Assembly: GCA_046538235.1 (NCBI GenBank)
Contig: JBKHJG010000001.1
Span: forward strand, 124,762-188,761
DNA length: 64,000 nucleotides
DNA from: Dehalococcoidia bacterium
GTDB taxonomy: Bacteria; Chloroflexota; Dehalococcoidia; GIF9; AB-539-J10
Direction: 5' to 3'
Within the stretch, counting starts at the first letter, position 1, and every line of letters starts with the position of its first letter. The position numbers and the translations under genes are program-made. Positions 1-9,613 of the stretch are shown here, one piece after another. The notes below the pieces were generated by a model. The model ran no database searches. It was given only the letters and a program-made list of their open reading frames with translations, and was not told the DNA's origin.

Positions 1-1
1 C

Positions 2-736
<735 letters not shown>

Positions 737-1074
737 AGAGGTACCGGCTCCCTTTACACTGCTGCTTGGGGGGTGGGGCCTGTCCCCACCCCCTCTTTCC
801 TTCTTCACCGCCCTCCCTGCTGCCATCGCCGTGACCGACCCCGAAGTCTCGGCTTTAAAGGTAAGAGTACGTGCTGAGCTCCGACGTGTCGGGGCGTGGC
901 AATGCTCGCAGTTGAACTCCAATCCCGGGGTGGCTCCGATCATTGGGACTTCGCCCGTTAGTTGTTATCCGGATTGAGTGCTTACTTCCTAGGGCTCAAC
1001 CCCTTTTTAGGCCCGTTCCACCCCTCCTGGGGTATGATAGAATGGTCTGGGAGGTACGCATAGTGTAGCAGCCA

Positions 1075-1172
1075 TGTACAAGAAGAAGAGAGTGGCCGCC
1101 CTCAAGCACCGCCGGCGCCAGAAAAAGCTCAAGGAACAGAGAAGGGCCCCGGGTGCGGCAGAGCCTAAATGA
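1075..1172 (+). CDS. very basic 32-aa peptide (MYKKKRVAALKHRRRQKKLKEQRRAPGAAEPK); stop overlaps the NTPase ATG (ATGA), suggesting translational coupling
   Basis: Read from sequence. Not in the ORF track because it is under 60 aa. Its TGA stop overlaps the start codon of the next gene. No recognisable homolog. Confidence 0.3.
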
Positions 1173-1750
1173 AGAGAGTCCTCCTGCTGACAGGCAGGCC
1201 GGGCACGGGCAAGACCGCCCTCATCAAAGAGGCCCTGGCCGGAGCTAGAATCCGGGCCGGCGGGTTCTACACTGAGGAGATACGAATCGGGGGAACGAGG
1301 CAGGGGTTCCGGATAGTGACCCTTGATGGGCAGGAGGCGACACTGGCCCATGTCGGCATCTCCAGCCCCTACCGGATAGGCAAGTACGGAGTCGATGTAG
1401 ACGGCCTGAACGGAGTCGGCGTTGCCACGCTGTCCCGGGCGCTCAAGGAGAGCGACCTCGTGGTCATCGATGAGATCGGCAAGATGGAGCTGGTCTCGTC
1501 CCCGTTCAAGGAAGCCGTTAGGCAGGCAATAGACGGCGGCAAGAGGGTCCTGGGCACCATCATGCTCAACTCCCATCCCTTCGCCGACGAAATCAAGCGC
1601 CATCCCGAGGTCGAAACACTCCTGGTGACCGGGGACAACCGCGCTGAGATAAGGGAGAGAGTGCTGGACTGGCTAACCCGAGGACCATCTCCGCCGACAT
1701 TCCCTTCCGACCCGAATGCGCGTAGGGCGCAGATAAGCAGCAAGCGATGA
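1169..1750 (+). CDS. nucleoside-triphosphatase, THEP1/COG1618 family (archaeal-type NTPase)
   Basis: N-terminus MKRVLLLTGRPGTGKTALI carries a Walker A motif. Length (~190 aa) and overall pattern match MJ1559/THEP1-type NTPases. Confidence 0.8.
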   Translation: MKRVLLLTGRPGTGKTALIKEALAGARIRAGGFYTEEIRIGGTRQGFRIVTLDGQEATLAHVGISSPYRIGKYGVDVDGLNGVGVATLSRALKESDLVVIDEIGKMELVSSPFKEAVRQAIDGGKRVLGTIMLNSHPFADEIKRHPEVETLLVTGDNRAEIRERVLDWLTRGPSPPTFPSDPNARRAQISSKR

Positions 1751-1808
1751 CAACGCGGGTGGATTCCGCTACAATCAGTACGCTCAACGCCGAACAGGAG
1801 GTAGAGGT

Positions 1809-2621
1809 ATGAAATCCGGCAAGATTCCCGGGGCCGAAAAGAGCCACACTCATCACAGGCCTGCCTCGGCCAGCGAGGTGGGAGAACGTGACGTCAACAG
1901 ACGAATGCGTATTCTGATAGCCATTCAGGGATACTATGGTGAGAGAATGGTGGACAATATCAGGCGCCATGCTCCGGCGGACTGGGAGGTGAATCACGTT
2001 ACGTTCCCGGCCGGCCTGCCAAACATAATCGACGACGCAGATGAGTTCCTACCCAAGGAGCTGACGGTGGCCGACCTCCTCATATCCCTGGGCGAACATC
2101 CCGGCGTAGCCCAGATGATTCCCGACATGGTCAAAAGGAGCGGAGCCAGGGCAGTGATTGCCCCCGCAGATAACAGGGCGTGGCTACCAATCGGCCTGGC
2201 CAGACAAACCCAGAAGAAAATGGAATCCATGGGAGTGGACATGGTCTATCCCGTCCCCTTCTGTAGCCTGACGGAAAAGGACAGCCAGAACCCCTATATC
2301 CAGGAATTTGCCAGGCATTTCGGCAGGCCGGAAGTGGACATGGAGTTTTACCAGGACGACAGACACAGAGTAGGTAAGGTCACCGTCAACAGAGAGGCTC
2401 CTTGCGGGAGCACGCGGTTCGTGGCCGATCGTCTCGTCGGAGTATGGTTCAGGGACGCCACGGAGCAGGCAGGACTTCTCCATCACCAGTTCCCCTGCAT
2501 GGCGACCATGGCCATGGACCGGGAGTTTGAGGACACCCTTATGCACCGTGCCGGGAACATGCTCAAGCAGACGGTCCAGCAGTCTATCAAGGATGCCGGG
2601 CTCGATAGATACTCAGTATGA
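1809..2621 (+). CDS. conserved hypothetical protein, possibly DUF166/COG1810-like (family assignment uncertain)
   Basis: Clean 270-aa ORF with a strong RBS (AGGAGGTAGAGGTATG). Several Cys residues. The family guess is from memory of archaeal DUF166 proteins and is low confidence. Confidence 0.6.
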   Translation: MKSGKIPGAEKSHTHHRPASASEVGERDVNRRMRILIAIQGYYGERMVDNIRRHAPADWEVNHVTFPAGLPNIIDDADEFLPKELTVADLLISLGEHPGVAQMIPDMVKRSGARAVIAPADNRAWLPIGLARQTQKKMESMGVDMVYPVPFCSLTEKDSQNPYIQEFARHFGRPEVDMEFYQDDRHRVGKVTVNREAPCGSTRFVADRLVGVWFRDATEQAGLLHHQFPCMATMAMDREFEDTLMHRAGNMLKQTVQQSIKDAGLDRYSV

Positions 2622-2735
2622 CAAAGGCGAAGGGCTATTGTCGACAGCGCACCGTCAAGTCACACATAATCGCATCAAGCTAACATGGCAATGCTGCTCG
2701 TCTAGCGATTTCTCACTGTAAGGAGGTTACGTCTC

Positions 2736-2954
2736 ATGTCCTGCTATTTGCGTCATGTCAAGGATATTCTGAGCGAAGCCGGCATTGAGGTCACTGCCAG
2801 CAACAAGAAGCAGATCGACAGGGCGTTTCACGAGATGGTAGACGTCGAATACAAGGACTGCACCACCACCTGGAGAATGCTCAAGCAGAACGTGATCGGT
2901 GACGACCAGAAGCGTCGTGAGCTTATACGCAGGTTGCAGGCCGCCGTCCGCTGA
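2736..2954 (+). CDS. small hypothetical protein (72 aa)
   Basis: Strong RBS (TAAGGAGGTtacgtctcATG) and a compact ORF. No recognisable family. Confidence 0.55.
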   Translation: MSCYLRHVKDILSEAGIEVTASNKKQIDRAFHEMVDVEYKDCTTTWRMLKQNVIGDDQKRRELIRRLQAAVR

Positions 2955-3107
2955 CGCAAATGCCAGGAGGCGCATCAACACTCAAGTACAGAGTAAGCCG
3001 GAACTCCACCTGTTGTTACCGCCGCCTTGAGGAAGCAGACGTCTTAGCTTCGTAACCCCGCCCAAAGACTTGCGACCATCGACTGCTCGTCACAAGGCAG
3101 GCGATGG

Positions 3108-4136
3108 CTACCGCTGGGGCTCGATGATGACTTTCAGTGAGTCCCGGGCCCGGGCGACAAACTGAAATCCCAGGCCTGTCTCCGCCAGCCCCAGCCGGTG
3201 CGTAATCATCTCCAGCACACGTATCTCCCCCACCTGTATCAGGTCCAGCGCTGCCGCATAGTCGGCGGGACTGCCGCCATAGGAGCTGGTGAGCGTTATC
3301 TCGTTGCGCCAGAACAGGTCGTTCACCGATATGGGAACGCTGACACCCGGCTCCGTGGGGGCAAAGAAGAGAACCGTGCCTCCCCGATCAACGGACTCCA
3401 GTGCCTGCGCTATAGCCGATGCCGCACCTGTGCATACTACCACGAGGTCAGCGAGGCGGCCGTTGGCCGCCTCACGCAGATAGGCGGGTGCGTATTCGTC
3501 GGCGTGAACCGCACCATCGGCCCCGAATTGCCGCGCCGCCTCCAGGCGGTATTCAGAAATATCGGTAGCCAGGATGTAGCCGGCACCTGAAGCCCGGGCC
3601 AGCTGTATATGCAGCAGGCCGGCAACGCCGCAGCCAATGACAAGGACTGTCTGGCCGGACCGGAGATGGGCCACCCTCTGCCCGCGCACGACACAGGCCA
3701 GCGGCTCGACGAAGGTTCCCTCCTCGAAAGATACGCCATCGGGCAAATGGAATATGGCCTGCTCAACATTGATGCGCGGCACCCGCAGGTATTCAGCAAA
3801 GCCGCCCGGGTCGAAATTCGTCCGGCGCAGCGTATCACACACGGTGTGATGCCCGCTGAGACAGTAATGGCACGTGTTACAGGGAACATGATGGGCAGCA
3901 CAAATGCGGTCACCAACCCGGCAGTTCTGCACCCCTTCCCCCACCGCGGCAACGGTGCCGGCAACTTCATGGCCCAGCACCAGAGGCGCCTTGTGCAGAC
4001 GGTACCACTCCAGCAGATCGGTGCCGCAAATGCCACTGGCTTCCACCCTCATCAATGCCTCACCGGGCCCGATCTGCGGAGCAGGCATCTCCTCCAGCCG
4101 CACATCCTTGTTGCTGTAATACATAGCCACCCGCAT
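3108..4136 (-). CDS. zinc-dependent alcohol dehydrogenase, MDR family (sorbitol/threonine dehydrogenase-like)
   Basis: Contains GHEVAGTV and CGTDLLE motifs, the structural-zinc Cys cluster CNTCHYCLSGHHTVC, and the NAD-binding motif GCGVAG. Confidence 0.9.
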   Translation of the reverse strand: MRVAMYYSNKDVRLEEMPAPQIGPGEALMRVEASGICGTDLLEWYRLHKAPLVLGHEVAGTVAAVGEGVQNCRVGDRICAAHHVPCNTCHYCLSGHHTVCDTLRRTNFDPGGFAEYLRVPRINVEQAIFHLPDGVSFEEGTFVEPLACVVRGQRVAHLRSGQTVLVIGCGVAGLLHIQLARASGAGYILATDISEYRLEAARQFGADGAVHADEYAPAYLREAANGRLADLVVVCTGAASAIAQALESVDRGGTVLFFAPTEPGVSVPISVNDLFWRNEITLTSSYGGSPADYAAALDLIQVGEIRVLEMITHRLGLAETGLGFQFVARARDSLKVIIEPQR

Positions 4137-4343
4137 TGCGTCTTCCTTTCAGCAGGCCATAAGGCCAAGACAAACGGTGAATTCTGAACCGTCGGGTCCA
4201 GGCAAGTCATGATATCAGAATCGAGATGTCGAGGCCGTTCCGGCCTTCACTCTCCTGGACTTCGATAGTGTTTAGGACTCAGATATTAGCTTTGAGCAAT
4301 TCCCCCAGGGCTCGAGATGTCCTGGATGATGCGCGCGGGGATG

Positions 4344-5138
4344 CTATGCCCCTCCGCTCTTCACGCCGTCGTATATTTCCTGGGCCTGCTCGGGGGCAGC
4401 ATTGTCGTGAATAATGGCCCGCAGGGCCCTGATCATGGCCACGGGGTGCTCGTTTTGCCAGATGTTTCTTCCCAGGTTCACACCTACAGCACCTTTCCGA
4501 ATACCATCATAGACGAACTGGAACACCTCGTATTCTGTCTTCGCCTTGGGGCCGCCGGCAATGACTATCGGCACCGGACAGCCCTGCGTAACCTTCTCAA
4601 ACCGCTCGCAGTAGTAGGTCTTGACGACTCGAGCGCCCAGCTCGGCTGCGATACGGCAGGAAAGCGAAAGGTAGCGGGCGTCACGCTTCTTCAGTTCTCT
4701 GCCCACAGCGGTCACCGCCATTACCGGGATGCCATACCTTTCCGCTTCATTTACTAGCCTGGCCAGATTCAGCAGGGAATCGTGCTCATACTCGGTCCCC
4801 ACAAAGACAGACAGGCCTACGGCACAGGCATTGAGCCGGATCGCCTCCTCCATGGAGGTTGTTATACCCTCGTGAGCCAGGTCCTTTGACGATACACTTG
4901 TACCGCCGGATACCCTGAGGATGATCGGCTTGGCCTGGTCGGGCTCCATCGTCGACCTCAAGACTCCCCTGGTGATGAAGATTGCATCCGCGTAAGGCAG
5001 AAGGGGCTCCACGGTCTTTCGCGGCTTCTCCAATCCCTTGACAGGGCCCTGAAAATAGCCATGATCAACGGGCAGCCATAGACAGCGACCATCCCCCTGG
5101 ATCAACTGGGCCAGACGGTTTCGCATCCCCCAATCCAT
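4344..5138 (-). CDS. DhnA-type class I aldolase (archaeal-type fructose-bisphosphate aldolase / ADH synthase family)
   Basis: LRVSGGTSV...VKTYY with a Schiff-base lysine context typical of the DhnA family. Start placed at MDWGMRN with a GGAGG RBS; the upstream ORF extension lacks an RBS. Confidence 0.8.
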   Translation of the reverse strand: MDWGMRNRLAQLIQGDGRCLWLPVDHGYFQGPVKGLEKPRKTVEPLLPYADAIFITRGVLRSTMEPDQAKPIILRVSGGTSVSSKDLAHEGITTSMEEAIRLNACAVGLSVFVGTEYEHDSLLNLARLVNEAERYGIPVMAVTAVGRELKKRDARYLSLSCRIAAELGARVVKTYYCERFEKVTQGCPVPIVIAGGPKAKTEYEVFQFVYDGIRKGAVGVNLGRNIWQNEHPVAMIRALRAIIHDNAAPEQAQEIYDGVKSGGA

Positions 5139-5223
5139 ATGGCAGACCTCCTCTCTATGGGACTTTGAAACCATTATAGCACACGAATATGGCACGCCCC
5201 TTCACCTCACCAGCCTAGGAAAG

Positions 5224-5253
5224 TTGCACACCCCTCCCAAGATGGGCTATACT
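5224..5253 (+). promoter_or_regulatory. sigma70-like promoter for 5S rRNA (TTGCAC-18-TATACT)
   Basis: TTGCAC at 5224-5229 and TATACT at 5248-5253, about 13 nt upstream of the 5S 5' end. Confidence 0.5.
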
Positions 5254-5266
5254 TACCAAGAGGGCT

Positions 5267-5384
5267 TTCTGGTGACCTTAGCGGAGTGGAACCACCCGTT
5301 CCCATCCCGAACACGGAAGTGAAACTCTCCAGCGCAGACGGTACTTGAGGGGCAACTCTCCGGGAGAATATGTCGTTGCCAGGA
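5267..5384 (+). rRNA. rrf: 5S ribosomal RNA, stand-alone (no 23S/16S adjacent in this window)
   Basis: Contains the universally conserved CCCGTTCCCATCCCGAACACGGAAGTGAAAC block. Helix I pairing CUGGUGAC/GUUGCCAG closes the ends. Length is about 115 nt. Confidence 0.85.
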
Positions 5385-5389
5385 AGCTC

Positions 5390-6163
5390 TCATGTTAACT
5401 GCGCCAGGTCAAACTTCAAGCCGTCTCTGGCGGCGATGACCGAGACTCCTATCTCTTCAGTTAGCTTCGCAGCCAGCTCCCACGGCTTTGCCCGCCACAT
5501 GGTCATGCCAAGATGAGTGAGTATGGCCGTCTTCGGCTTGACCTCTTCGATTATTGCCTTTGCCTCCGGGAGAGACAGGTGGTCAATGGGAGCTCCGGGC
5601 CGCAAGCGGACCACATTGATAATCAGCAGGTCTCCTTCGTAGTGACCGGCCAGGCCCTCGAAGTACCTCGTGTCGGTAATCCAGGAGAACGTATGCCGTG
5701 GCGTCCTGACGATGAAGCCGTATGTTTCCACCGGGTGCTTATGCCTGACCGGCGTCTTAATGCAAATGTCATTGATCGCGTAGGACCCTCCCTCGACCAG
5801 CACCTGTACGCCACGGAGATAGGCCTGCAGGTAGGAGAAGACCACGGGCTCTCCGGCGAAGGCATCGGCGGGGGCGAGTACCATCCCCCGCTTCCTGGCA
5901 CCTCCTCCGGTCATAGCCTCAACCATGATGTTGATATCCCCGCTGTGGTCCAGGTGTCTGTGGGACAAGACAATGGCCTCCAGCTTCGTGGGGTCGAGTT
6001 TCCTCCGGGCGGAATGCACCAGGCAGCCCGGGCCGGGATCCAACAGTATCTGGGTACCACCCAGGTCGAGCCAGGCTCCTCCTGAAGCCAGCAACTGGCG
6101 GGCTACCACGAACCTGGCACCGCCGGTGCCCAGGAAGGTGATTACGTCGCTCGCTTCAACCAC
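5390..6163 (-). CDS. MBL-fold metallo-hydrolase
   Basis: HRHLDHSGD metal-binding motif (HxHxDH) and overall beta-lactamase-fold pattern. Confidence 0.85.
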   Translation of the reverse strand: MVEASDVITFLGTGGARFVVARQLLASGGAWLDLGGTQILLDPGPGCLVHSARRKLDPTKLEAIVLSHRHLDHSGDINIMVEAMTGGGARKRGMVLAPADAFAGEPVVFSYLQAYLRGVQVLVEGGSYAINDICIKTPVRHKHPVETYGFIVRTPRHTFSWITDTRYFEGLAGHYEGDLLIINVVRLRPGAPIDHLSLPEAKAIIEEVKPKTAILTHLGMTMWRAKPWELAAKLTEEIGVSVIAARDGLKFDLAQLT

Positions 6164-6201
6164 CCCTCAATTATAGCAGGGAAATCTGCTAGAATTGATG
6201 G

Positions 6202-6723
6202 ATGGCGGGAGAACTGGAAGCCGAACTGGCCCGACTTATGGGAGAATGCAGGGCCAGAACTGGGAAATGGCTGACCATCGGCACCGTGGAATCAGCGACC
6301 GGCGGCAGGGTCGCCGATATGATAACCAATGCCGCCGGCAGTTCGGACTATTTCAGGGGCTCGGTAGTAGCTTACAGCAACGAAGTGAAAGCCCGCTTGC
6401 TGGGGGTGAGACACTCGACCCTGGAGAGGCATGGTGCTGTGAGCAAGCAGACAGCGGTGGAGATGGCTCGGGGCGGCAGGAAGCTCCTGGACGTAGACAT
6501 ATGCATCTCCGATACGGGGATTGCGGGGCCCACAGGCCAGGGCCCCGGAAAGCCGGTAGGGCTATTCTATCTTGGCCTGGCCGCCGGGGACGTGAGCTTG
6601 AGTCAGAAACACCTGTTTCCGGGGAACCGCCAGGAGAACAAACAGGATGCTGCTGAGGCGGCGCTCAAGATGCTGCACCAATACCTGCTGCAGTGCTCCG
6701 GCGAAGCCAGACAACCTGCCTAG
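6202..6723 (+). CDS. CinA C-terminal domain protein / nicotinamide-nucleotide amidohydrolase (PncC-like)
   Basis: TIGTVESATGGRVADMITNAAGSSDYFRGSVVAYSNEVKARLLGV is the CinA-C signature. Confidence 0.85.
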   Translation: MAGELEAELARLMGECRARTGKWLTIGTVESATGGRVADMITNAAGSSDYFRGSVVAYSNEVKARLLGVRHSTLERHGAVSKQTAVEMARGGRKLLDVDICISDTGIAGPTGQGPGKPVGLFYLGLAAGDVSLSQKHLFPGNRQENKQDAAEAALKMLHQYLLQCSGEARQPA

Positions 6724-6886
6724 AATATGCTGATTCGAGAGCGTTCGGCAATGCCGGAGGTGTCGGAAGGCGTAACGCGAGGCCCCGACTCCTTCGAGGG
6801 CGCTCGGTCAAAGCGGCACTTCAGCCTCGTTCAGCACGACCCTCAAGGATGCTCTACAATGTCCCGACAAGGGTGTTTCGAATAGG

Positions 6887-8398
6887 ATGGCAACTTTCGA
6901 TATAGGCGAGATAAGGTCCAGGGCCAAGACCGATTTCACCGCTGCCTGGATAGCTACGGCAAAGCTTGTGCCGGCCGGGACAGAGGTAGCCCTGACAAGC
7001 AAGGGCAGACCCCATCCGGTGATGGAGCTAATCCAGAGGTCCCGGCGGATCATGCTAGACCGGGGCTTTGACGAGGTTCAGAACCTGACGATCCTGCCGG
7101 ACAGCGATGTGGTCAAGCAGTACGGCCCGGAAGCCCGGGTTATCCTCGATAGGTCGTTTTACCTGGCCGAACTGCCCCGCCCCGACATAGGGCTGGGGGC
7201 CAGAAGGATAGCCCAGATAAAGAGGATAGCTGAGGAAGCGGACATCGAGAAACTACAGACCATCCTGAGGAGGTACAAGAAAGGAGAGATCGAGGCTGAT
7301 AACCTGACTGAAGAGCTCATGTCCGGACTGGGCATCACGGATTACCAGGCCGCGGAACTCCTGGAGAAGGTCTTCCCCGAGGTGAGAAAGCTACAGCCGG
7401 TGGCGTCCAACAGGACTCTGCGCAGCCACATGACGGCTACCTGGTTTCATACGTTAGCAGCATTGCAGTACAAGGCCAGCTTTCCCGTGGCCCTGTTCTC
7501 CGTGGGGCCTAGATATCGCAACGAGCAAAGAGAAGATGCACAGCATCTGCGGGTGCACCACTCGGCATCCATCGTGATCATGGACCCACAAATATCACTG
7601 GACGCAGGGCGGGCAACTACCAGGGACATCATGCAGCAATACGGCTTCTCCGAGATCAGATTCAAGACCAAGGCGGCAACATCCAGATATTATGCCCCCG
7701 ATCAGGAGCAAGAGGTCTTTGTAAACGATAAAGGCACCTGGCTTGAAATAGCCGACATCGGAATGTATTCGCCCGTTGCGCTGGCGAACTTCGACATCAA
7801 GTTCCCTGTGTTCAACGCAGGCTTTGGCATCGAGCGTCTGGGGATGCTTCTCTATGGAGCAGAGGACATGAGAAAGCTGGTATATCCTCAGTTCTCCGTG
7901 GCGGAGTATGGTGACGAAGAGATGGCCAGATCCATTTCATACATAGCCAGTCCCGGGACGGTCAGGGGCCGAAGAATAGCCAGAGCAATTGAGGCAACCG
8001 CCCGCAAGTACAGGGAGGAGCTAGCCCCCTGCGAGTTCCCGGCCTGGAAGGACAGGTCCGTTGAGGTGAAGATCGTTGAAAGAGAGACAGGCAAGAAGCT
8101 GATCGGTCCCGCCGGTTTCAACGAGATCTGTGTTCTCAACGGTACGATCTACAGCGATATCGTGCCTTCAGGAATCCCCACAGGAATAAATTACATGCGT
8201 GCTATAGCAATGGGTGTAGCCGCGGCAATAGAAAACGGCCACCGCAGCTTGACTTATCAGGTGAAGGGCGTCAGGCATCTCTCCGACCTCAACCTGCAGA
8301 TTCCGGAACCCCTGCTGCAACATATGGAAGGCCAGCACAAGAAGATCGGAGTCAGTGGTGCCGTATTCGTAACCATAGAAGTCAACAGAAGGCAATGA
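6887..8398 (+). CDS. sepS: O-phosphoserine--tRNA(Cys) ligase (SepRS)
   Basis: Strong collinear identity to methanogen SepRS as recalled (M. jannaschii): KPHPVMETIERLR / FGPEA..LDR.FYLA.LPRPDVGLG / TLRSHMT..WF.TL..L / YHSAS / MVYPQF. Here the sequence reads RPHPVMELIQRSR, YGPEARVILDRSFYLAELPRPDIGLG, TLRSHMTATWFHTLAAL, HHSASIVIMD and LVYPQFSVAEY. Confidence 0.92.
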   Translation: MATFDIGEIRSRAKTDFTAAWIATAKLVPAGTEVALTSKGRPHPVMELIQRSRRIMLDRGFDEVQNLTILPDSDVVKQYGPEARVILDRSFYLAELPRPDIGLGARRIAQIKRIAEEADIEKLQTILRRYKKGEIEADNLTEELMSGLGITDYQAAELLEKVFPEVRKLQPVASNRTLRSHMTATWFHTLAALQYKASFPVALFSVGPRYRNEQREDAQHLRVHHSASIVIMDPQISLDAGRATTRDIMQQYGFSEIRFKTKAATSRYYAPDQEQEVFVNDKGTWLEIADIGMYSPVALANFDIKFPVFNAGFGIERLGMLLYGAEDMRKLVYPQFSVAEYGDEEMARSISYIASPGTVRGRRIARAIEATARKYREELAPCEFPAWKDRSVEVKIVERETGKKLIGPAGFNEICVLNGTIYSDIVPSGIPTGINYMRAIAMGVAAAIENGHRSLTYQVKGVRHLSDLNLQIPEPLLQHMEGQHKKIGVSGAVFVTIEVNRRQ

Positions 8399-8473
8399 TG
8401 GAGGCTACATGTGCCGGGCTTTGCCCGCGATGACAGTCTGATATGTGGAACGCTTGTGGCGTTAGGGTAGAAG

Positions 8474-9613
8474 ATGGAAGACAAGAGAACCAGACGACCG
8501 AACAAGGGCTCCAGCCTGCGCAGACAGCACAAAGGCCTCATTAACCTCATGCCTCTGCAGACGGGTGGGCTGCTGACGGATGCCGCCAGGGAGGCATTGA
8601 TGGAGTTCGGCGATGGATACTCGGTGTGTGATTTCTGTCGCGGAACTTTATGTCAGGTAGACAAACCACCCATCAGGGAGTTCGTCCAGGAGTTGCTGCC
8701 CCGCTTTCTGGGGTGCGACGTGGCCACCGTAACCCACGGGGCCCGGGAGGCCAAATTCATGGTCATGCATTCTCTCGCCAGGCCCGGAGACTCCATTATC
8801 GTCGACGCCAACAGGCACTACACAACGGTGGTAGCGGCTGAGAGGGCAGGACTGCATGTGATCGAGGTGCGCCGCCGCGGACATCCGGAATTCACTGTGG
8901 ACGTCAACGAATATGGGCCCCTGATAGAGAAACACAGGCCCAGGCTGGTCCTGCTGACCTACCCGGACGGCAACTACGGCAACCTTGCTGATGCCGCAAG
9001 GTTAGGAGAGATCGCCCAGCACTACAGCGTTCCTTACGTTGTCAACGGAGCATATGCTGTGGGCAGGCTGCCTGTTAGCATGGAGGAGGTGGGGGCCGAT
9101 TTCATCGTCGGCAGCGGGCACAAGAGCATGGCCTCTGCTGGGCCCATCGGGGTATTGGGCATGAAGAAGAAATGGGCGGCGGCAGTTCTGAGAAAGTCGG
9201 ACATTTATGGCAACAAGGAAGTCGAGCTTCTGGGCTGCAGCTCAAGGGGGGTCCCTCTCATGACGCTCATGGCCTCCTTTCCCCATGTGAAGGAAAGGCT
9301 TGACCACTGGGATGAACAGGTCTCCAAGGCGCAGTGGTTTTCGGCTCGGCTTGAGGAACTGGGCTTTGAGCAGCTAGGGGAGCGACCACACAGGCACGAC
9401 CTGCTGCACTTCGAGGCGCCCGCATTGCACGAGATCTCGGGCCGGGTCCGGGAGAGGGGGTACTTCCTGTATAAAGAACTGAAGGAGCGAGGCATCTGGG
9501 GACCTCAGCCGGGCGTGAGCAGGTCGTTCAAAGTCTCCACCTTCGCCGCCACCAGCCAAGAGCTAGGCTTCGTCGTAGACTCGTTCCGAGCTATCCTGGA
9601 CAAACACAGCTAG
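8474..9613 (+). CDS. pscS: O-phospho-L-seryl-tRNA:Cys-tRNA synthase (SepCysS), PLP-dependent
   Basis: INLMPLQTGGLLTDAAREALMEFGDGYSVCDFC and FLGCDVATVTHGAREAKFMVMHSL match the M. jannaschii SepCysS N-terminal region nearly residue for residue. The PLP-lysine context GSGHKSMA is present. A basic ~12-aa N-terminal extension is present relative to the archaeal protein. Confidence 0.9.
   Translation: MEDKRTRRPNKGSSLRRQHKGLINLMPLQTGGLLTDAAREALMEFGDGYSVCDFCRGTLCQVDKPPIREFVQELLPRFLGCDVATVTHGAREAKFMVMHSLARPGDSIIVDANRHYTTVVAAERAGLHVIEVRRRGHPEFTVDVNEYGPLIEKHRPRLVLLTYPDGNYGNLADAARLGEIAQHYSVPYVVNGAYAVGRLPVSMEEVGADFIVGSGHKSMASAGPIGVLGMKKKWAAAVLRKSDIYGNKEVELLGCSSRGVPLMTLMASFPHVKERLDHWDEQVSKAQWFSARLEELGFEQLGERPHRHDLLHFEAPALHEISGRVRERGYFLYKELKERGIWGPQPGVSRSFKVSTFAATSQELGFVVDSFRAILDKHS

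Noticed and set aside
860-960. tRNA- or tmRNA-like string (…gcagttgaactccaatcccggggtggctcc…)
   Set aside because: I could not fold it into a cloverleaf. There is no acceptor/T-arm complementarity or a CCA-proximal stem in either orientation. It is likely just intergenic sequence plus a GGGGTGGGG/CCCCACCCC terminator hairpin at 764-786.
6723-6887. Possible tRNA(Cys) or T-box upstream of SepRS (…gggtgtttcgaatagg…)
   Set aside because: The TTCGAAT string lacks flanking complementary T-stem arms and no acceptor stem is evident. No tRNA is called.
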